NCBI RefSeq assembly: GCF_006345805.1
Contig: NC_042999.1
Location: 15,376,001 to 15,440,000, forward strand
DNA length: 64,000 nucleotides
Source: Octopus sinensis
Taxonomy: Eukaryota
Direction: 5' to 3'
The position numbers and the translations under genes are program-made. The notes under the pieces were generated by a model. The model made no database searches, was not told the DNA's origin, and worked only from the letters and a program-made list of their open reading frames with translations. Shown piece after piece: positions 25,020 through 37,811 of the stretch. Positions within the stretch are counted from its first letter, which is position 1. Every line of letters starts with the position of its first letter.

Positions 25020-25405
25020 ACTCATCATCATCATTGTCATTTAACGTCTGCTTTCCATGCTGGCATGGGTTGGATGGTTTGACTGAGGGCTGGTGAGCCA
25101 GAAGGCTGCACCAGGTTTCAATCTGATCTGGCAAAGTTTCTACAGCTGGATGCCCTTCCTAATGCCAACCACTCCGAGAGTGTAGTGGGTGCTTTTTACG
25201 TGGCACCCAGGTGGTACTGGCAACAACCACACTCGAATGGTACTTTTTACATGCCACCAACATGGGAGCCAGTCAGGTGGTACTGGCAATGATCATGCTC
25301 AAGTGGCATTTTTTACATTCCACTGGCATGGGACCAGTCAGGCAGCACTGGCATCGACCATGCTCGAATGGTGCATTTTATGTGCCAATCAGGCAGTACT
25401 ATCAT
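25020..25405 (-). mobile_element. RTE LINE 3'-end copy
   Basis: (CAT)n tail followed by the reverse complement of the RTE 3' UTR and its tandem CACTCGAATGG repeats. Confidence 0.8.
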
Positions 25406-25869
25406 CAGCCACTCAGTTTCTCTCAATTCACACATTCAGGAGGGCAGTATTTCTTTGGTGGATTTTGAATTACCACATGAAATTTTTGTTCAAATAAGTT
25501 ATTATTCATGTCAATGTGATTAAGGTTTGCTAGGAATAACATTTAAACAGAGACCAATATTCTGTGAAGTCGGGATCAAGGCAATTATGCATAACTAAGA
25601 AAACAGGAAATGCATAGTTTTACGATGCATAGTTTGTAAGTCCTTAACTCTGATAAATTACATCTAAATAGTTCTGAGATTCTTGTTAAGTGGAATTCTT
25701 TTAATTCTTCTAAATTGTCCAATCCATCACTTCTCAACCAAAGTATTCTGTAACTAATACATCAAGCACAGTAAACATAACCGGTATTGACTAGTTGTTT
25801 TTATTTTATGTTTCTTTTTGTATAAGAATTCCATTCTCTAACCACTTGAAATACTGTTTCGAAAATACC

Positions 25870-26266
25870 TATTTCTTTACGACCAACAAGGGATAAACAC
25901 AGAGAGGACAAACAAGGACAGACAAACGGATTAAGTCAATTATATCGACCCCAGTGCGTAACTGGTCCTTAATTTATCGAACCCGAAAGGATGAAAGGCA
26001 AAGTAGACCTCGGCAGAATTTAAATTCAGAACGTAAAGACAGATGAAATACCTATTTCTTTACTACCCACAAGGGGCTAAACACAGAGAGGACAAACAAG
26101 GACAGACAAACGGATTTAGTCAATTATATCGACCCAGTGTGTAACTGGTACTTATTTAATCGACCCTGAAAGGATGAAAGGCGAAGTCGACCTCGGTGGA
26201 ATTTGAACTCAGAACGTAACGACATTTCACCTGGCGTGCTAACGATTCTGCCAGCTCACCACCTTA
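25870..26266 (-). mobile_element. SINE family A dimer with 17-bp TSD
   Basis: Two units joined at GATGAAATACCTATTTC (26042-26058). Flanks ACTGTTTCGAAAATACC (25853-25869) and ACTGTTTCAAAAATACC (26267-26283). Confidence 0.9.
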
Positions 26267-26499
26267 ACTGTTTCAAAAATACCATTGAGCCAATGAGGAC
26301 CCTTAATGTAGTTACTTATTCTGGTAGAAATAGCAGCTATATCTTCCTCAAAATAACATCTACCATATTAAGAGAGGTAATGTAGTCTTAAGTACAGAAT
26401 GACTGAATATATATATGAAGACCAAGTCCTAACATGCCTTTGTTCATGGGTCTGTGTGATCAGGGCTGGTCCAGAATTGATGAGCAGTTGCAGCAACAA

Positions 26500-26962
26500 C
26501 AAGAATAAGGAGGAGTAGGAAGAGGCAGAGGAGGAAGAGAAGAGGAGGAGGAAGTGGAGGTGGAAAAGGATCAGAGCAAGAAGAGGAGGAGGCAAAAGAA
26601 GAGGAGAGGTGGAAGAGGAAGAGAGGAGGCAGAGGATGAAGGGGAGGAATGTTGGAGGTGGAAAAGGAGCAGAGGAGGAAGAGAGGAGGCAAAAGAAGAG
26701 GAAAGGTGGAAGAGAGGAGGCAGAGGATGAAGTGGAGGAATGGTGGAAGTGAAAAAGGAGCAGAGGAGGAAGAGAGGAGGCAAAAGAAGAGAGGTGGAAG
26801 AGAAAGAGAGGAGGCAGAGGATGAAGGGGAGGAATGGTGGAGGTGGAAAAGGAGCAGAGGAGGAAGAGAAGGAAGAGTGGAGGTGGAGGAGGAGGAGTGG
26901 CAGCAGAGGAAGAAGAGTGGAGGCAGAGAAAGAAAAGTGGGTGGGGTGGAGGAGGAGGCAGT
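26500..26962. repeat. Purine-rich (GA) low-complexity tract with a higher-order repeat of about 91-97 bp
   Basis: GGCAAAAGAAGAG...GGCAGAGGATGAAG(G/T)GGAGGAATG recurs near 26591, 26688 and 26779. Confidence 0.85.
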
Positions 26963-27566
26963 GGGAGTTGTACTTGGCTACTGATCTAACACAGCTAAAC
27001 TATGAAACTTGGTCTCCCCAGGGAAACTAATTCTAAGATTCTAATACAATGTACGGAACTCACAAACTCTCATTGCACTTCATTGCATTCATCGATGCGC
27101 TCCCCCACCCCACCCCCCATTATGATGACACAATAATTTATTCAGATACTCTGTTAACCCCTGCAACACTGTTGAGACAAGAAGGCCAGACATGATTATG
27201 GAGGGCAAAATAAACAAACATTATATGATCATAGATTTGCAATTCCCTATGATAGCAGAGTCGATACTTTGGAAGACAAAAAAAACAACCTCTCAGCAAC
27301 AAAATGGTCGTTAAATATCATAATATATTACATAAATATAAATAATATGAGATATAATTAGAACAGTATGGATTCTCTGAATTATTTAACTTCATCATTT
27401 TTGTCTCTATTTTCAAAACTATATTCGATTTAGTCTCTTAAAGAGCCCTACTTTTGCATATGTATATGTCCAAACATTGAATCAGGAACATATAAAATGG
27501 TATTTCTAAAACAGAATCTCAATGCTCTTATCTATAACACAACCTGCACCCAAACAAGTATATATA

Positions 27567-27765
27567 TTTCTTTACTACCTACAAGGGGCTAAACATAGAG
27601 GGGACAAACAAGGACAGACAAAGGGATTAAGTCGATTATATCAACCTCAGTGCGTAACTGGTACTTTATTTATCGACCCCGAAAGGATGAAAGGCAAAGT
27701 CAACCTCGGCGGAATTTGAACTCGGAACGTAACGACAGACAAAAAACGGCTGCGCATTTCGCCTC
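27567..27765 (-). mobile_element. SINE family A, 5'-truncated
   Basis: TATTTCTTTACTACCTACAAGGGGC...GGAATTTGAACTCGGAACGTAACGACAGAC. Confidence 0.8.
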
Positions 27766-28446
27766 CTCCTTTTCCTCACTCCCAAACAAGTATATATACA
27801 TGCATGTATGCATGCATAAATTTATGCATGAGTGTGTGTTCGTATATAAATGTACATTTGCATGTTTATGTGTGTGTGTGTGTGAATTTTAATTAAGTGA
27901 TAATGTAACAAATACAATAACTTTAATTAATTGGGAATATATTGATATTAACGTAAGATAAATATGTTTGAAGAATAATTAAGGAAAGCCCTAAAAAAGG
28001 CAAGGCTGACAGCTTAGGAAAAAAAAAAATCACATGTACTGAATTAAGTGATAATGTAGCAGGTATAGTAACTAATTAACTGAGATGGTGGTAATAATAT
28101 TAAGAAAGAAGTAAGTATTATTGAACAATGCTTAACAAAGCTAAATTGTTAAAATGAGATGATGCACCAGAGTCCTGATTAATTGAAATAACGAGGTATT
28201 TTTGCTAGACATTGATATGTTTTAGTCATATGAGATCTTTTTCATGATTGCCTCTCTAGGAAGAAACTTTAAGTAATGGGGAGTAAAAGTAATCAACTTA
28301 AATGATTGTAGTCTCAAAAGTAACATCGATTTAGAAAATAAAGTGATACAGAGACTTGTCAGCTTCACAGACACACATACACATCCGCCCGTCCATCCTT
28401 CTGTCCATCTGACCATCCCTCCATCTGTCTCTGTCTATCTATCAAG

Positions 28447-28485
<39 letters not shown>

Positions 28486-28500
28486 TACACACAAACACAC

Positions 28501-28533
<33 letters not shown>

Positions 28534-29244
28534 ACATACACAAATATACATATACTCCTACGCATATATACATATGTATGAATAAGTTACAAGCTGTTCA
28601 ATTCAGAGATTAATCTTAACAAAATATGGCATACAAAATTTTAAAATGAAAGATGAGGTTATTAACAATTATATGCCTCAGTTGTTAGGTCAAGTTAATA
28701 TTTGCAATGTTGATAATGTTCTTCTGACAGTTGATTTCATCTTTTTTTGCGTTTTCTTTTTCTTTTTACTCTTTGTAAAATGTTTGGAATTCTTTAATTT
28801 CAATCTGTCATCAGGCGACATGTATATATATGTACATATGTGAGTGGAATAAAAGTGAACTGATAAATCTACACATTTCACAGAGGGCTCCGGCATTAAC
28901 ATTAAACTACAGATGCAAACAAGTTGTACAATAACACTGCGCTTGATGAATTGAAACCAGACATATTTTAAAAAACAAACAAAACAAAGAAAAAAACAAG
29001 CAACAATAAAACTAAATAAAAGTTTAAAAAAAAAAAGGAAGAAAGATTGAAGTCAATAGACCAAAAAAATTTTTCATCATTAGTTCAGGAACATCACATA
29101 TCTAAATATTCAGAAATGAGAATTCTATAATCACTTTCTTGACAGAATGGAAGAATTTAAAGATCATATAATAATAATAATAATAATAATAATGATAAAT
29201 CTCTGAACGAGGTATAGACAGTAACTGCACGACAATGTGAAGTA

Positions 29245-29420
29245 TATTTGCCATCTGAATATGGCTAACCACTGAGGGTGGATTTTACTGTAGCTTGTAG
29301 TCCCAGGAGAACATCTTCTCCAGCTGGGTATTGACACACTTTCTGTGCCCTATCGGTATTTGCAAAGGAATCCATCTTTCCCATCGTCAACCTTCGTTAG
29401 CCATATTTAGATGGAAAATA
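29245..29420. mobile_element. Small MITE with 25-bp TIRs
   Basis: TATTTGCCATCTGAATATGGCTAAC ... GTTAGCCATATTTAGATGGAAAATA. Confidence 0.7.
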
Positions 29421-29432
29421 ATAATAATAATT

Positions 29433-29748
29433 ATTGTTATATTTCGGAATGGTCATTTTGCCAGTTTAGCCAATAAAAAACACACGCACTATATATTTGG
29501 TGTTATTTTGCTTCAGTATTATTTATTTTTTACATTAATCTTAATCTTATTTCGGCCAGAGTTCTTTCGTCACACTCCTCTGACCGCATCAGTAAAAAAT
29601 AAATAACACTGAAGCAAAATAACACCAAATATATAGTGCGTGTGTTTTTATTGGCTAAACTGGCAAAATGACCATTCCGAAATATAACAATATCTGTTTC
29701 AACACACGACTTCACATAAAAAATCTTGCACAACAAATATTTAAACGT
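29433..29748 (+). mobile_element. Second Penelope-like terminal hairpin element
   Basis: Near-identical to 5935-6289. The inverted arm 29433-29593 includes the hammerhead core; the direct arm 29594-29748 ends in an (AAT)n tract. Confidence 0.6.
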
Positions 29749-29799
29749 AATAATAATAATTACAATAATAAAAAATAATAGTTGAAAATGAAAACTAAC

Positions 29800-30098
29800 C
29801 ATTTTGCCTACCATCTGCAGGAGGTTTCCCATTTGGTGAGAGCCAGCGCACCTTTCTCTTGTAAAGCCGAAGAATTCCGTTATCTGTTTCTTCATTTTCT
29901 AAATCTACAATATGGTTGCTACCACGGATGTTTATGCGAGGATTCGTGTGGATAGTTGGGATATATTGACCAATGAGACGGGTTTCGTTGTGAAAATATT
30001 GTAGAATGTTAATTGTACCTATGCGTTCACCTCCTTGGAAACTTATGTGACCAGATACACCATCAAACTTGGTTTCATTGATGTATTGTACTAGCTGA
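29800..30098 (-). CDS. VKR: VKR exon (end of VFT domain and linker: QLVQYINETKFDGVSGHISFQGGERIGTINILQYF...RWLSPNGKPPADGRQN)
   Basis: TTTTTCAG acceptor (phase 2). The F-x-GVSG-x-I-x-F motif is typical of VFT C-termini. Donor ATG|GTTAGT at 29800/29799; an alternative in-frame donor ATG|GTAGGC lies at 29812/29811. Both are phase 1. Confidence 0.88.
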
Positions 30099-30153
30099 CT
30101 GAAAAACATTAATGATAAAAATAATTGTTTAGGAGCGAAACACAATAAACTGT

Positions 30154-30333
30154 TTAACCCTTTAGCATTCATATTATTCTGTCAAATGTAATGCTTATTT
30201 ATTCACATTGTTTTAAATTAATCAAGCATTATCTCAAAGCTTCAAGATTTTGATGATATGATTGTTTGTTTTTAGAATGAGAGGCTGGATGTGGCCAGTT
30301 TGAATGTAAAACCAGTAGAATATTAGGACCAGG
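30154..30333 (+). mobile_element. piggyBac-like (TTAA|CCC) MITE family 2, right end degenerate
   Basis: TTAACCCTTTAGCATTC...TATTCTGTCAAATGTAATGCTTATTTATTCAC. A homologue at 52130-52925 is split by an RTE insertion. Confidence 0.55.
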
Positions 30334-31113
30334 CATTCTTATTTCTTTACCGCCCTCAAGGGACTACACACAGGGGACAAACCAAGACAGACAAATGGAT
30401 TAAGTCGATTATATCGACACCAGTGTGTAACTGATACTAATTCATATTCTGAATACATTTTCAAAAACTCTTAGTTGGGATTAAATAAGAGCAGACCATT
30501 GAGCAAAAATGTCCAATATAATTTTGTCAGTAAAATCTCATTAAGATTTGTTATAGGTGGCACTAGTTCACACAAATGTCTAAAACATGGCACATGTTAG
30601 ATGGGGTAGGATAAGAACATATGGGTAATAAACAACTATGTAAAATTAATTTCACTTAGATTAAATAATCTGCTGTATTTTTTGTTTTCTTTTTGTAAAA
30701 CATGAAGGACTTTTGTAAAACCCCATTAGGTGAAAGTGGGTATTGAGCTAGGAAAGGCTGAGAACCAGCAAGGACATATTTCTTCACTGGAGATAGAATA
30801 TGAATCCTTGTCACTTTAGTTGATATACAATTAACATAGCCAGCTGTAATTTCCTTTATATCATCGTTTAATAAATATTAATAGGTATAGACAGTGTTTG
30901 AAGCAATTAAAGAGAATAACAATATGAAATAGAATTATTATTTATTAATCACAATGAAAAATGGTGTTGCAGATGAGAAAAGGTAGAGAACCAGACAAAA
31001 TACCCTGCAGTATTTAGTTATAATTCTTTACATTCTCGGTACAAATACGATTTACTTTCACTTTCCTTTTCTTCTTGTCTGGACTTATCTTTATCATCAC
31101 AACTATTGTTACA

Positions 31114-31515
31114 TACTCTTTTACTCTTTTTACTTGTTTCAGTCATTTTGACTGCGGCCATGCTGGGGCATGCCTTTAGTCGAGCAACTCGACCCCGGGA
31201 CTTATTCTTTTGTAAGCCCAGTACTTATTCTATCGGTCTCTTTTGCCGAACCGCTAAGTGACGGCGACATAAACACACCAGCATCGGTTGTCAAGCAATG
31301 CTAGGGGGACAAACACAAACATACACGCACATACATATATATACATATATACGAAGGGCTTCTTTCAGTTTCCGTCTACCAAATCCACTCACAAGGCTTT
31401 GGTCAGCCCGAGGCTATAGTAGAAGACTCTTACCCAAGGTGCCACGCAGTGGGACTGAACCCGGAACCATGTGGTTGGTAAACAAGCTACTTACCACACA
31501 GCCACTCCTGCGCCT
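31114..31515 (-). mobile_element. CORE-like SINE family B, full length
   Basis: Complete head, CORE, microsatellite linker and (TACTCTTT)n tail. Confidence 0.85.
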
Positions 31516-31804
31516 ATCTGTTTTTATTTTTCCTAAGCTGGTGTGGCTTAGATAAGAGTTAGTAGTCTATGGTCAGATGCCCTTCCTGTTGTCAGCCCTT
31601 GATTTTCAAGGAAGGACTTTTTTTTAAAATTCTACTTCTCATAGGATGAAATCATGAGCTATGGGACAGATTGTTTATGTCAGAATAAACACTGACTTGT
31701 CACAGTTTTTGCCATATGAGACAATATGAAGACACAGAAATACTCAAACACATACCTACACACACATATACACAGCACTGAATTAAACATTAAGCAAAAT
31801 AAGC

Positions 31805-32030
31805 ACATGCAGGTCGTTGCCAGTGCCGCCTGACTGGCCCCATGCCAGTGGCACGTAAAAGCACCAACTACACTCTCAAAGTGGTTGGCGTTAGGAAGGG
31901 CATCCACTGTAGAAACTCTGCCAGATCAAGATTGAAGCCTGGTGCAGCCATCTGGTTCACCGGCCCTCAGTCATACGTCCAACCCATGCTAGCATGGAAA
32001 GCGGACGTTAAACGATGATGATGATGATAC
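31805..32030 (+). mobile_element. RTE LINE 3'-end copy
   Basis: Conserved 3' UTR ending AAACGATGATGATGATGAT. Confidence 0.8.
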
Positions 32031-32599
32031 AAAAAAAAATCACCTTAAAATTGTTAAAATAATACTTGGGATACCTTATTGCTTCTAAGTATAGAAGCAA
32101 GTGTGTAGTGTAAGATTAATTTTGAGGATCTGATCAAAGATTTTGCAATTAAAAAAAGTAGGAGAATTTTTTTTAAATATAAATAAAGTGAAAGTATACA
32201 AAAGCAAATATTATTTTTCATCTTACTGCTTTGTTGTATTTTAAAAAATAAAAATTTATTTTATGGTTTGTAATTTATTGTTTATATTTTGAATTACATA
32301 TATATGGGAGCACCAAAACCTTTAAAGTGCTTAGAGCCCCTATGGGTCTTAATCTTGCCCTGCATATACACACACATGTGCAATGGTTCCTGTTCAATAT
32401 CTGTGAAGCAAATCTCAATCAGAATGCTTTGGATGGCTCAAGAATAATGTAGAAGATATTTTACGTTTAGGGGACACCCTGTGGTGGCCCCAGCACTGAG
32501 CACTTTGGTGTCACTTTAACAGGTAAACCCATGCCTGTGCCATCATGAATTCTCTGACAGAACAAAACAGAAACTGAGCCTGTTGTTGCACCCTTCAGC

Positions 32600-33020
32600 C
32601 CAATACAGGTTGAGTCGGCTTCTTCTACCACTCTTGAGGCATCTCAAACCATGGCAGCCCACACACGATGGTCCTGCGCCAGTTCACTGAAGATAGTGAG
32701 CCAGTCACGGTTCCATCGGCACAGGCAATGTTGCCATTGTATTCGCCATTGAGAATTCTTGGAAGAAGTTTCGTGGGAATATGTGGATTCTACAAGTGGT
32801 CCCCAATAATCCTGCATGTAGAGACATCCTGTTTGCTGCAGAAACCAAACAAGGAGCCGCCAGTTGCTGAAACAGACACTCCGAGGATTTTCACCAGAGC
32901 CCCATCTGCCGGGTTGTGGCCCTAATACCACTCGGTGTCAGACCAATCCGCTTTGGGTGGCCCTACCAGGAACTGAAGTTCCGACGGCATAGCTCTGACA
33001 CTACCCATTGCCAGCGTCCC
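32600..33020 (-). mobile_element. Decayed LINE ORF C-terminus (RTE-like, different family)
   Basis: GC-richer island with frame-broken KILGVS and CRWNRDWLTIFSELAQDHRVWAAMV, resembling RTE C-termini from memory. Confidence 0.45.
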
Positions 33021-35252
33021 CACCAGCCCATGTTGCTATGTAGTGGGTTGAAATCTAAAACTACATGGTTGTGAAGTGAAATCCTTAACCACACAGCCAA
33101 GCCAGCACCTAAATACCAGTAATATATTAGCTTCCACTTCTAGGTGTCCTACTACGGAACACTCCATTCAGTACCTGTTTCCATTTCATCAGACCACAGT
33201 TTGCTTGCAGTGCCAATGCTCTCTCTGCTTTCACCAGTGCCTCTCTTTCTTTCCTACAGGCTGTGTCATATAAAGTCATAAGCGCATACTCATGTCTGGT
33301 TTTGCACAGGGGCTACACAACCAAGAAGGGCCTTGTATTTTAGCTGCTCTAATGTTTACTGGGGATGCCTTGAGTGCCAGTCAGTTCCTCCATATCATCA
33401 TGATGGTCCCTTCCCTGAACGCTTTAGGATCACATTTACTGGTGTTCTCGTGTCTGTGTCCTCAAGAATTCTTCACTGATGGAATTAAACAGAAGTATGA
33501 GAGCCTGCTTGTGCTTGCAAATTGTCCAATTCTGCTTAATTTCCAATAATACATATCTACAAATAAACACACTCGTGCATGTGTGTGTGTGTGTGGGGGG
33601 GGGAAAGTATATATATATTCCTTTGCTTAATATTAATTTTTTCATGGGTTACATGAATATATTATTGGAAATTGAAACTTGGTAAATCTTTATTATTATT
33701 GCCAATATTCAGAAAATGTCATAAATATTTATGAAATTTCTGCTTCCTATAAATTATACAACCTTAATTTCAATATTGAGTACTTTCCCATTTTGTTTAT
33801 ACATGCACACACACACGTACATACACACACATGCACACCCATACACGTGCACATATATATGTAAATACTTAATCATGTTTGTATATTTGATACTGATATG
33901 CATGTAGTAATACCCAAATTATCCATTTAGTTCATGTTTATTACAACACACACATATATATGAGTGCAAATGGCCTAGTAGATAGTGTTGGGTTCATGAC
34001 CATAATGTACTGGGTTCAATTTCTGCCCCTGTGTATGTCACATCATTTTACATTGTTCCAGTTTACATAGCTGAAAATCAGCAACAGCTAACTGTTTGTG
34101 CAGACCATCCTCCGCATTTGAATGGGCCAAAGCATGAGAACATTAAGAGGCTGACTATGTATTCTTACCTCTACATTGACATTTGAAACAGTTACTGAAA
34201 GCATTATAAAAGCTACAAGGTTATGCTTTCAATTGGCACCTAAGCTATATCCCTCTCTTTCTCTCTCTCTCTATTGATGTGTGTGTGCCTATAGCTATAT
34301 ATATATATATATATGTATGTATATATAATATTAAATAGTTAGAAAATAATAATTATCAGCCTTTCTGAGATGCATGAAATTAGCATTAAATTATATTAAT
34401 CAACACTGAATGAAATTGTATATCTGCGAGAACTCAGATTAAGAAAATAACCATAACCCAGTTAGCTAATAATTGGTTTTCTAAAGAAGATTTCTCTTTT
34501 ATTTGCACTAGTTTCATTTTATTATTATTATTATTTTTTTTATTTTCAATTCCCACAAGCTAATCAGCAATTTGAATTTCAACAGCAACTGCTAATAAAA
34601 GACCAAAAAAAAAAAAAAAATTAAAATGAAAGAAAAACCATATTTCTTTTGTGAGAAAGACATTAACTATAAAATAGTTTTAGATTTAATTTTTCAATAT
34701 TTTTGGATGTTAATAAGATATCTAAAGTAGAATGTCGAAAAATGCAGCGCTGCTGAATTTGAGCAAAGGAAATATACTTCCTTGATATCTCTCATAGTCA
34801 GGATGACATTACTTACAGCACTATTACTATAATGAAAAGTGTACGTACTACTTGTTATAATAACTATGTCCTAAGGTATTATTAGCTATTAAAGCAATTA
34901 TAAACATTCATATTCATAAATGTTTGTTTTTATTGGTTCTATTAGGAAACACTAATGAAATGTTATATCCCATCATATGAAAGAAATAACATTTATTGTA
35001 GAGAATATCACTTAATACTCTTAGCAGATTGAACTTGATGGCTCACATTTCTGCATTGGAATTCTGCAAGGCTTCAATTGAACTTTTCTTCTCTATACTA
35101 TGAAATATGTATCTGTAAGATATAGGTTCTTCTTCTTCTTAATTCTTCTTCTTCTTCCTACCTCTTCTTCTTCTGCTTCCTACTTCTTCTTTTGCTTCCT
35201 ACTTCTACTTTTTCTATTTCTTCTTCTGCTTCCTACTTCTTTTTCTTCTTTG

Positions 35253-35803
35253 TCATCATTTAACGTCTGTTTCCCATGCTGGCATGGGTTGGATAGTTTG
35301 ATAGGAGGTGGCCAGCTGGAAAGCTGCACCTGCTCCTGTTTTGGCATGGTTTCTATAACTTGATGCCCCTTCCTAAAGCTAATCACTTTACTGAGTGTAC
35401 TGGGTGCTTCTGTCTTTGCTCCAGAATGAATGCTCTATATGTGGCTTAGCACAGGTGTTTCACACGTAGCACTAGCACAGGTGCTATTTATGTGCCAGTG
35501 GCACATAAAAAGCACCGTCCGAGCGTGGCAGATGCCAGTGCCACCTGACTGGCGTCCGTGTCGGTGACACATAAAAGTACCAACCAATCGTGGCCACTTG
35601 CCAGCCTGCTCTGGCCCCTGTGCTGGTGGCACGTAAAAAACACCCACTACACTCATGGAGTGGTTGGCGTTAGGAAGGGCATCCAGCTGTAGAAACATGG
35701 CCAAATCAGACTAGAGCCTGGTGCAGCCTCTATGACTTACCAGACCCTGGTCAAACCGTCCAACTCATGTTAGCATGGAAAACGGACGTTAAATGATGAT
35801 AAT
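35253..35803. mobile_element. Tail-out pair of RTE 3' ends (minus copy about 35253-35410, plus copy about 35445-35803)
   Basis: TCATCATTTAACGTCTG at the left end and GGACGTTAAATGATGAT at the right end. Confidence 0.7.
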
Positions 35804-36119
35804 GCAGGTGCATTTTATGTGGCACCAGTGTGGGCGCATCTTATGTGGAACTGGCAGGGGTGCATTATACATGGTATCAATGTAGGTGCTTTTATGTGGC
35901 ACCAAAAGTATAGTATCGTCTTAACTCCCTTTATTAACACCACTGCAAATGAATTTTGTTTCTATGGGAGGAATCTTATGGAAAATAAGTCAACCCACTC
36001 CAAAACTGATGACAAAACCTACCTCCTGTTAAAAGTAAAAGTGAAAAAATTACTCTCATTATCTTTTATATGACCACAGTCGTTAGACCATGGCCATACA
36101 GTGGCACCACTTTGAAGAA

Positions 36120-36640
36120 TTTTTTAGTTGAGTGAATCAACCTTAGTATTTAATTTTTTTAAAGCCTGGTACTTACTTTATCACTCTACTTGCCAAACAG
36201 CTAGGTTACGGAGATGTAAACGAACAAACACCAGTTGTCAAGCATTGGTGAGGGACAAACGACACAAAGGCTCACACACACAACAAGTTTCTTTCAGTTT
36301 CTTATTTCTTTACTGCCCATAAGGGGCTACACACAGAGTGGACAAACAGATTAAGTCGATTATATTGACCTTATTCAACCCTGAAAGGATAAAAGGCAAA
36401 GTCGACCTCGGCGGAATTTGAACTCAGAACGTAGCGGCAAACAAAATACTGCTAAGCGTTTCGCCTGGTGTGCTAACACTTCTGCCAGCTCGCTGGCTTG
36501 TTTCTTTCAGTTTCTTTCTACCAAATCCACTCACAAGGCTTTGGTCAGTCCAATGCTATAGAAGAAGACACTTGGCCAAGGTTCCACACAGCAGGACTGA
36601 ACCTGAATCCATGTGGTTGGAAAGCAACCATGTTTACACC
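36120..36640 (-). mobile_element. CORE-like SINE B interrupted by a SINE A copy (36303-36498)
   Basis: GTTTCTTTCAGTTTC is present on both sides of the inserted family-A element. Confidence 0.65.
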
Positions 36641-37811
36641 TATATACTAGAAACAAATGTTTACCATATGCCTGTTTCTCATATATAAGAAACAGATGTT
36701 TATCATGTGTTAAATCATGACATCATCATTACAGTGATGTTCAGATGTTCAACATGTGACTAATTGTGATTATTATCATTATTATTGTTGTGGTTTTGTG
36801 TTATTATTATTATGGCTGCAATCTGGTAGAATTGCAAGCACTTTTGCAGAATATGTTTAGTAGCATCTCTCCTGGCACTTAACACTCTGAGTTCATATTT
36901 CACCAAGGTCAACTTTTCCCTTCATCCAGTTGGGAGCCAAAAAATAAACCACCAGTTGAGCACTGGGGTCAGTGTAATCAGTCAACACCCTCCCCTTAAA
37001 AGGAACTGCTAGCCTTGCACCAATATTGAAAACCATTAATATTATGCTTAATATGGTGGTGAGCTGGCACAGTTGCTAGCATGTCAGAGAAAAAGTTAAA
37101 GGAGTGGCTGTGTGGTAAGTAGCTTGCTTACCAACCAGATGGTTCCGGGTTCATTCTCACTGCATGGCACCTTTGGCAAGTGTCTTCTACTATAGCTTCG
37201 GGCTGACCAAAACCTTGTGAGTGGATTTTGTAGACGGAAACTGAAAGAAGCCCATCGTATATATGTATATATAAACGTGTGTGTTTGTGTGTCTGCATTT
37301 GTCCCCCCGAATATCACTTGACAACTGATGCTGGTGTGTTTACGTCCCCGTAACTTAGCAGTTCGGCAAAAGAGACCGATAGAATAAGCACTGGGACTGA
37401 TGTAATCAACTTATCCCCTCCCGCCAAATTTGAGCTTTTGTGCCTATAGTAGATGGGTCAATGTAATCGACTCATCTCCTCCCCACCCAAATTGCTGCCC
37501 ATGTGGCAAAATTTGAAACCATTATTATAATTATTAAGGGTACTGGATTGGAACATCATTACAGCATCAGACAAAATGTCTTATGGTATTTATTTTGACT
37601 CTCTACAATCTTGGTTCAAATCTTGCTAAGGCCAGCTTTGTTTTTTATCTCCCACACCCTGGGGTTGATTTCTTTGATTAAAGGCGGTGCTGCAGCATGG
37701 CCACAGTCAAATGACTGAAACAAGTAAAAGAATACTATCTGCTTCCCATTAGAATGAGTCTGAATTTTATAAGCAAACAACATGTCCCCACACAGAGAAA
37801 AGGTGACACAG

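Noticed and set aside
26649-27030. Arg/Glu/Gly-rich ORFs resembling nucleic-acid-binding proteins
   Set aside because: They are simply translations of the GA-rich low-complexity tract.
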